Position numbers and translations under genes: made by a program. A stretch of 64,000 nt of DNA from Acidimicrobiales bacterium. GTDB lineage: Bacteria > Actinomycetota > Acidimicrobiia > Acidimicrobiales > SZUA-35. The stretch spans positions 74,043 to 138,042 of the forward strand of contig JAHDBV010000003.1 in assembly GCA_020630195.1 (NCBI GenBank), read 5' to 3'. Positions within the stretch are counted from its first letter, which is position 1, and each line of letters starts with the position of its first letter. The notes beneath the pieces were generated by a model. The model did not search any database and was not told the DNA's origin. It worked only from the letters and a program-made list of their open reading frames with translations. Shown here piece by piece: positions 58,048 to 64,000 of the stretch.

Positions 58048-58761
58048 ATGACTTCGCCCTACGCAGGCGCCACCATGATCCCCGCCATCTCGGCCCCGGC
58101 CGAGGACCGCGAAGCCTTCGTGGTCAAGGTGTACCAGCACGTCGGTCTCGCCCTCGCCGCCTTCGTGGCGTTCGAGGTGCTGCTGTTCGTCACCGGCATC
58201 GCCGATGCCCTCGGTGACTTCGTGCTCAGCGGCGGCAGCGGCCGCTGGCTGTTGATCCTCGGTGGCTTCATGGTCGGCCAGTGGATGGCCAGCAACGCCG
58301 CCCACCGTCTCGAGAACACCGGCCTCCAGTACGCCGGCCTCTTCGGCTCGGCGCTGCTCCAGTCGCTGATCTTCGCCCCGTTCCTGGCGATCCTGGTCGG
58401 GGCCGGCGCCTCGAGCGACATCGTCATCGCCGGTGGCATCACCGCCGTGGCGTTCTTCGCCCTGACGATCGTCGGCATGACGACCAAGAAGGACCTGTCC
58501 TTCATGCGTCCGATGATGATGTGGGGCGGCATCGTCGCCATCGGCCTCATCATCGGTGCCGCCATCTTCGGCTTCCAGCTCGGCGTGTGGTTCTCGGCCG
58601 CCATGATCGGCCTGATGGGTGCGACGATCATCTACCAGACCCAGCAGATCATCCGGCAGTACCCGGTGTGGGCCCACGTCGGTGCCGCCCTCGCCCTGTT
58701 CAGCTCGCTGATGACCCTCTTCTGGTACGTGCTCCGTCTGGTGTCGCAGCTGCGCCGCTGA
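58048..58761 (+). CDS. Bax inhibitor-1/YccA family membrane protein
   Basis: FVVKVYQH, TKKDLSF, IIYQTQQI, ALALFSSL..LFWYVLRL. Confidence 0.88.
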   Translation: MTSPYAGATMIPAISAPAEDREAFVVKVYQHVGLALAAFVAFEVLLFVTGIADALGDFVLSGGSGRWLLILGGFMVGQWMASNAAHRLENTGLQYAGLFGSALLQSLIFAPFLAILVGAGASSDIVIAGGITAVAFFALTIVGMTTKKDLSFMRPMMMWGGIVAIGLIIGAAIFGFQLGVWFSAAMIGLMGATIIYQTQQIIRQYPVWAHVGAALALFSSLMTLFWYVLRLVSQLRR

Positions 58762-58786
58762 GCCAGCGCCCCACCGTTTCTCCGAT

Positions 58787-58815
58787 CGACGCCCGGGCCC
58801 ACGGCCCGGGCGTCG
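58787..58815 (+). terminator. GC-rich hairpin after BI-1 gene
   Basis: CGACGCCCGGGCC-CAC-GGCCCGGGCGTCG 13-bp perfect stem. Confidence 0.6.
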
Positions 58816-58865
58816 TCGCGTCCCGGCCCGGCGTCGACGCCTCGGCCCGGCAATAGGGTGCGGCG

Positions 58866-59759
58866 GTGACCCGGTCCGGACTCGGTGTCGGGGTGGCCGC
58901 CTACGTGATGTGGGGTGTCGCCCCGCTCTACTGGAAGCTCATCGCCGACGTGCCGGCGGGGACGACGACGATGGTGCGGGTCGTCGCCTCGGTGGTGCTC
59001 CTGCTCGTGGTGGCCGCCGTGCGAGGGGTCGACGTGGCGGGGTTGTTCCGGGATCCCGTCGCCCGCACCCGTCACGCCGTGGCCGCCGTGTTCCTGGTCG
59101 GAAACTGGCTCACCTACGTCTACGCCGTGGCCACCGATCGGGTCATCGACGCGTCCCTCGGCTATTTCATCCTCCCCCTCGTGCTCGTCGTGGTCGGCGT
59201 GGTGGCCTTCGACGAACGTCTGGCCGCCGGACAGACCGTCGCCGTCGCGCTCGGTGCTGTCGGGGTGCTCGTGCTGGGGGTGGAGTCGGGCACGGTCCCG
59301 TGGATCGGGCTGGTCCTGGCGGCGTCGTTCGCCGTCTACTCGGTGTTGCGCAAGACCTCTCCGCTGGGGTCGTTGGAGGGCCTCACCGTCGAGACGCTCG
59401 TGGCAGCACCCGCGGCGGTCGGGGTGCTCGCCGCCGCCGTCGTCACCGGGCGGAGTGGGCTGTCGAACGTCGACGCGATCACGCCGTGGCTGAGCGGTGT
59501 GGTCACGGTGGCACCGCTGCTCGCCTTCGCCTCGGCCGCCCGACGGATCCCGCTGTGGACCGTGGGTCTGCTCCAGTTCATCGCACCGCTCATCCAGTTC
59601 ACGATCGGCTGGGCCGGTGGTGAGGCGGTGTCGGGCTGGCGGTGGATCGGGTTCGCCGTGATCTGGGCGGGCCTCGTGGTGTTCGCCGCCGACTCGGTCA
59701 GGCGGGTCGCACCGTCGCCCAACCCCGCGGCAGTTCCCGGTCCGGGTGGACGGCCGTGA
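58866..59759 (+). CDS. rarD: EamA family transporter RarD
   Basis: AYVMWG..PLYWK, NWLTYVYAV, ASLGYFI.PL, GLLQFIAP. Confidence 0.9.
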   Translation: MTRSGLGVGVAAYVMWGVAPLYWKLIADVPAGTTTMVRVVASVVLLLVVAAVRGVDVAGLFRDPVARTRHAVAAVFLVGNWLTYVYAVATDRVIDASLGYFILPLVLVVVGVVAFDERLAAGQTVAVALGAVGVLVLGVESGTVPWIGLVLAASFAVYSVLRKTSPLGSLEGLTVETLVAAPAAVGVLAAAVVTGRSGLSNVDAITPWLSGVVTVAPLLAFASAARRIPLWTVGLLQFIAPLIQFTIGWAGGEAVSGWRWIGFAVIWAGLVVFAADSVRRVAPSPNPAAVPGPGGRP

Positions 59760-60534
59760 GTGGATCCTCGGAGTCGCGCCAGTAGCCGAGCCCGTTGCCG
59801 GTCTTCGTGTAGCCGATGAAGCGCAAGAGCTCGTCGTCCCAGTCGCCGACCTCGGCCGGTGGGCACTCGAGGAACTGATTGGTCGACTGGGTGAGCCAGC
59901 CGACCGCGTGTTGGAGCGACAGCCCGGCCCGCCACTCGTCGGATTCGTTCGGGCCCCCGCCGTGGTACACCGAGCCGGTGTAGAGGAACAGCGAGCCGCA
60001 CGGCATCTCCGCCGGCACGGTGTCGTCGGGGTGCGGTCGCTGCTCGGCGGGCCAGCGATGGCTGCCCGGCACCACGCGGGTCGCGCCGTTGGCCTCGGTG
60101 AAGTCGGTGACGGCCCACATGCCGTTCATCTCCACCTCGACGCCGAACTCGACCATGTCGTACTTCCAACGGTCCCGGTGCAGGCGTTGTGCCGTCTCGC
60201 CGGGGCCGATCTCGATGTACTCGGCGGCGGAGAAGCGCCAGGTGGTGGCGTGACCGAGCACGTGGTCGCCGGAGGCCAACACCGCGGGATGGCGGGCGAT
60301 GGAGCGGAACGTCGCCGAGCGGGGCAACGGTGCGCCCGTGCGACGGGTGGTGTGGCCCTCGAAGTCGGATCGGCCGACACTGGCCATGTCGCCGTGCTCG
60401 GCGAGCTCGGCGGCGATCGCCCCCATCACCTCCGGCGCAGCCGCGTCGGTGACGACACAACAGCCGGCCTCGTCGAGGGCACGGCGGATCTGGCGGTCCC
60501 GGTCGGGATCGGCGTGGGTGATGCGGGGGATCAC
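59698..60534 (-). CDS. phytanoyl-CoA dioxygenase family (Fe/2OG) protein
   Basis: Q.LHRD, DFTEANGATRVVPGSH, YHGGGPN. Confidence 0.88.
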   Translation of the reverse strand: MIPRITHADPDRDRQIRRALDEAGCCVVTDAAAPEVMGAIAAELAEHGDMASVGRSDFEGHTTRRTGAPLPRSATFRSIARHPAVLASGDHVLGHATTWRFSAAEYIEIGPGETAQRLHRDRWKYDMVEFGVEVEMNGMWAVTDFTEANGATRVVPGSHRWPAEQRPHPDDTVPAEMPCGSLFLYTGSVYHGGGPNESDEWRAGLSLQHAVGWLTQSTNQFLECPPAEVGDWDDELLRFIGYTKTGNGLGYWRDSEDPLTAVHPDRELPRGWATVRPA

Positions 60535-60544
60535 GGCGGCGTGA

Positions 60545-61402
60545 TCAGGAGTAGTCGTAGAACCCGCGGCCGGTCTTGCGGCCGAGCAACCCGGCCTCGA
60601 CCATCCGGGCGAGCAGCGGCGGCGGGGCGTAGAGCTGCTCCTTGAACTCCTCGTAGAGGCTCTCGGCCACGGCCTGGGTCGTGTCGAGCCCGATGAGGTC
60701 GGCCAAGGCCAGGGGACCCATCGGGTGGGCGCAGCCGGTGACCATGCCCTGGTCGATGTCCTCCTTCGAGGCGAAGCCCGACTCGTACATCCGCACCGCC
60801 GAGAGGATGTAGGGGATGAGCAAGGCGTTCACGATGAAGCCCGCACGGTCCTGGGAGTTGATGACGCGCTTGGCGAGCTGCTCACCGGCGTAGGACTCGG
60901 CGAGGGCCTGGGTCTCGGCCGAGGTGTGCAGGCTCGTCACGATCTCCACGAGATGCAGCACCGGCACCGGGTTGAAGAAGTGGATGCCGAGCACCTGCTC
61001 GGGCCGCTTCGTGGCCATGGCGAGCTTCATGATCGGTATCGACGAGGTGTTCGAGGCGAGGATCGCCTGCGGGTCCTCGACGATCGTGTCGAGCTGGCGG
61101 AACAGCGCGGTCTTCGCGTTCTCGTTCTCGACGATCGCCTCGACCACGAGCTGACGGTCGGCGAGGTCGGCCATCCGGGCCGAGACCTTCAGGTTGTCGA
61201 GGATCGTGACCTGCTCTTCACCGGTGAGCTTGCCCCGCTGCACGGCCTTGTCGAGGCTCGACTCGATCCGTCGGCGCCCGGCTGAGGCGGCCTCCTCGGT
61301 GGCCTCGATGACCACGGTGTTGATCCCGGCCCGGGCCGACACCTCGGCGATGCCCGCACCCATCTGTCCGGCGCCGATGACGCCGATTCGTTCGATTGCC
61401 AT
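60545..61402 (-). CDS. fadB2: 3-hydroxybutyryl-CoA dehydrogenase
   Basis: GAGQMGAGIA, ASNTSSIPI, HFFNP, GFIVNALL, HPMGPL. Confidence 0.93.
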   Translation of the reverse strand: MAIERIGVIGAGQMGAGIAEVSARAGINTVVIEATEEAASAGRRRIESSLDKAVQRGKLTGEEQVTILDNLKVSARMADLADRQLVVEAIVENENAKTALFRQLDTIVEDPQAILASNTSSIPIMKLAMATKRPEQVLGIHFFNPVPVLHLVEIVTSLHTSAETQALAESYAGEQLAKRVINSQDRAGFIVNALLIPYILSAVRMYESGFASKEDIDQGMVTGCAHPMGPLALADLIGLDTTQAVAESLYEEFKEQLYAPPPLLARMVEAGLLGRKTGRGFYDYS

Positions 61403-61435
61403 GGCCGCAACCTAGGCCGTCGCGGCAGGCCTCGC

Positions 61436-62617
61436 TCAGGCGTCGAAACCCATGCCGATCTCGTCCTCGCTGATGACCAGATCGGCCGGCGGCGGGGCGA
61501 TGCCGACGTCGGCACCGTGGTCCCAGATCTCGAACACGACCGAAGCCGACGAGATGTCCTCGTCGCCGGTACCGAGCAGGTCGCCGGCGATCTCGATCGA
61601 GAAGCGGTGGGCGTTGCCGTCGGCGTCGAGCCAGATGTCGATCGGCAGGGTGCCGGACGTGGCGCCGAACTCGGCTTCCAGTTCGGCCAGCTCGGCGGCG
61701 TCCAGCCCGGCGGCGAGAGCGTCGAGGTCGACGACGACGAGGTAGTGGGTGGTCTCGACCCAGCGGAGCACCTCGGTGCCGACCTCCGTGATCGTGCCTC
61801 GACCATCGGCGAACTGGCCGAGCAGCTCGTTGGGGTCGGAGAACCCGAGGCCGTCGATGGCCTCGAGCTCGACCTCGCCGTCGGTGGCGGTGGTCTCGAC
61901 CCACTTCCCGGCGGCGTCGGGGGCGAAGGCGGCGAACATGTCGCCACTCACCCAGCCGATGTCACCGATCTGGATGACCTCGATCGGCTCGGCGAACATC
62001 ATGAGGAAGAACTCGAGGAACGGATCCTCCTCGCCCTCGCCGAGGTCGGCGAAGAAGTCGGACATGTCCATCGTGAGATGGGTGGCGGGCACCCGGGCGT
62101 CGAATGCACCCGCCATCGTCATGTCCATCGGGGCGCCGCCGTCGGCGGGGGTCATCGACATGACGAACGAGAAGCGGGCCGACGGCACGCCGGTGTCGCC
62201 GTCCTCGGCCGTGACGGCCTGCTTCAACACCGAGTCCCGGAAGGCGATCGTGGCACCCGGATCGAGTGGCGCGTCCTCGGGCTTCGCGTTGTCGTCCGAG
62301 GTGGCCGAACCGTCGGGCTTGGTGGCGGTGTCCTCGGCCGGCGTCGTGTCGTCCGCGTCGGCCTCGTCAGCGGGGATCGACTCGGTGGTCTCGGGGGCCG
62401 CGGTGTCGGGCGTCGTGGTGTCGGGAGCGGCCGGCACCGTCGTCTCGGCCGAGCCGGCGATCACGATCTCGCCGCCGTTCGGCGCCGCGGTGCTCGTCTC
62501 GACGGGCTCGGCACCGCCACACGCCGCAGCCACGAGGGCCAGCGCGGCGAGCAGCGCCACGACCATCGGTCGGTGGCGTGGGGTCGGGGACGACGAGGAC
62601 GAACGCAGCTGGGTCAC
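61436..62617 (-). CDS. LppX/LprAFG-like lipoprotein
   Basis: Lipobox LVAAAC, acidic P/T linker, GKWV, TTHY, PIDIWLDADG, IAPPP. Confidence 0.7.
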   Translation of the reverse strand: MTQLRSSSSSPTPRHRPMVVALLAALALVAAACGGAEPVETSTAAPNGGEIVIAGSAETTVPAAPDTTTPDTAAPETTESIPADEADADDTTPAEDTATKPDGSATSDDNAKPEDAPLDPGATIAFRDSVLKQAVTAEDGDTGVPSARFSFVMSMTPADGGAPMDMTMAGAFDARVPATHLTMDMSDFFADLGEGEEDPFLEFFLMMFAEPIEVIQIGDIGWVSGDMFAAFAPDAAGKWVETTATDGEVELEAIDGLGFSDPNELLGQFADGRGTITEVGTEVLRWVETTHYLVVVDLDALAAGLDAAELAELEAEFGATSGTLPIDIWLDADGNAHRFSIEIAGDLLGTGDEDISSASVVFEIWDHGADVGIAPPPADLVISEDEIGMGFDA

Positions 62618-62689
62618 GCCGCTCGGTATCGGCGCGACGGACCGACATCTGTAGCCGCTGTGGCCGAGGCGCCGTCGTACGATCGGGGC

Positions 62690-64000
62690 ATGGACACCGA
62701 GTCATTCCGGGCCGCCGGGCACGAGCTGATCGACTGGATCGCCGACTACCGGGCCTCGGTCGCCGAGCGCCCCGTGAAGCCACCCGTCGGGCCGGGTGAG
62801 GTGCGCGGCGCACTGCCCGTCGAACCCCCGTCGTCGGTCGAGGGCATCGAGGCGTTGCTCCGCGACCTCGACGAGATCGTCGTGCCGGGCACCACGATGG
62901 TGCAGCACCCCATGCACTTCGGCTGGTTTCCCTCCAACGCCGCCCTGTCGAGTGTGCTCGGTGACCTCGCCTCGTCGGGTCTCGGGGCGCTCGGGATCTC
63001 CTGGGAGTCCGCGCCGGCACTGACCGAGGTGGAGGAAGTCGTCTGCGACTGGCTCCGCCAGCTGACCGGGTTGTCCGACCGGTGGCATGGTTCGATCAAC
63101 GACACGGCGTCCTCGTCGACCTTCGTCGCGCTGCTCGCGGCCCGCGAGCGGGCCACCGACCACGGCCAGACCCGTGGGGGACTGGTCGCCGAGACCGCAC
63201 CGCTCGTCGTCTACACCACCAGCGAAGCCCACTCGTCGGTCCGCAAGGCCAGCCTGCTCGCCGGAGTCGGCGCCGATGATCTGCGCCTCGTCGAGGTCGA
63301 CCCGGACGACCGCTCGATGCGCCCCGACGCACTCGAGGCGGCCATCACGGCCGATGTCGCCGCCGGACGTCGCCCGATGGCGGTCGTCGCGTCGGTCGGT
63401 ACCACCGGGACGACGGCGTTCGATCCGCTCGATCCCATCGCCCGGATCTGCGCCGCCCACGGCGTGTGGCTCCACGTCGATGCGGCAATGGCCGGCTCGG
63501 CGATGTTGCTGCCGGAGTGCCGTCACCTCTGGCACGGGGTGGAGGGGGCCGATTCGGTCTCGTGGAACCCGCACAAGTGGATGGGCACCATCCTCGACTG
63601 TTCGTTGCTCTACGTCACCGACCCGGAACACCTCGTGCGGGTGTTCTCCACCAACCCGTCCTACCTGCGTTCATCGGTCGACGGGGAGGTCACGCAGTAC
63701 CGCGACTGGGGTATTCCGCTCGGGCGCCGGTTCCGGGCCCTGAAGCTCTGGTTCCATCTCCGCCTCGACGGCATCGAGGCGATCCGTGCGCGGCTGCGGC
63801 GGGATCTGGCCAACGCCCAGTGGTTGGCCGAGCAGGTGCGTGCCGCACCCGACTGGGAGGTCGTGGCCCCGGTGCTCCTGCAGACGGTCTGTGTCCGGCA
63901 CCGTCCGATCGGGCCGGACGGGGTCCCGCTCGACGGCGAGGCGCTCGACACCCACACGACGCGCTGGTTGGCCGAGCTGAACGACTCCGGCGTCGCCTAC
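62690..64000 (+). CDS. aromatic L-amino acid decarboxylase (group II PLP), 3' truncated by window; missed by ORF track
   Basis: MDTESFRAAGHELIDWIADY, HFGWFP, SPALTEVE, AHSSV.KA, GTTGTTAFDP, HVDAA, NPHKW, LGRRFRALKLW. Confidence 0.92.
   Translation, partial: MDTESFRAAGHELIDWIADYRASVAERPVKPPVGPGEVRGALPVEPPSSVEGIEALLRDLDEIVVPGTTMVQHPMHFGWFPSNAALSSVLGDLASSGLGALGISWESAPALTEVEEVVCDWLRQLTGLSDRWHGSINDTASSSTFVALLAARERATDHGQTRGGLVAETAPLVVYTTSEAHSSVRKASLLAGVGADDLRLVEVDPDDRSMRPDALEAAITADVAAGRRPMAVVASVGTTGTTAFDPLDPIARICAAHGVWLHVDAAMAGSAMLLPECRHLWHGVEGADSVSWNPHKWMGTILDCSLLYVTDPEHLVRVFSTNPSYLRSSVDGEVTQYRDWGIPLGRRFRALKLWFHLRLDGIEAIRARLRRDLANAQWLAEQVRAAPDWEVVAPVLLQTVCVRHRPIGPDGVPLDGEALDTHTTRWLAELNDSGVAY

Overview
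Very GC-rich, gene-dense actinobacterial window. The gene content (mycothiol-dependent dehydrogenase, F420-type LLM, DUF222-HNH, LigB, WXG100-like proteins, LPXTG protein, GlnRS) suggests Acidimicrobiia; that assignment is inference. It holds about 60 CDS and one tRNA-Leu(UAA). I saw no rRNA, CRISPR array, integrase or transposase. Main observations: (1) a hidden selenoprotein, where two predicted ORFs (54561-55652) join through an in-frame TGA in a WASW-U-GC thioredoxin motif followed by a SECIS-like hairpin; (2) an orphan type VII-like trio of an extended WXG100 protein, a helper and a 626-aa effector with EF-hand-like repeats and a hydrophobic hairpin; (3) a coupled module of a CxxT redoxin, a nucleophile-less alpha/beta hydrolase and a rifampin-phosphotransferase-like dikinase; (4) an FHA class III cyclase with K->E and D->N changes suggesting GTP specificity; (5) a pgeF-murL-murD2 operon for the alternative D-Glu peptidoglycan route; (6) a 1-nt frameshift in an ABC adaptor gene; (7) widespread leaderless-type promoters. 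All family calls come from motif recognition by eye; no database searches were run.
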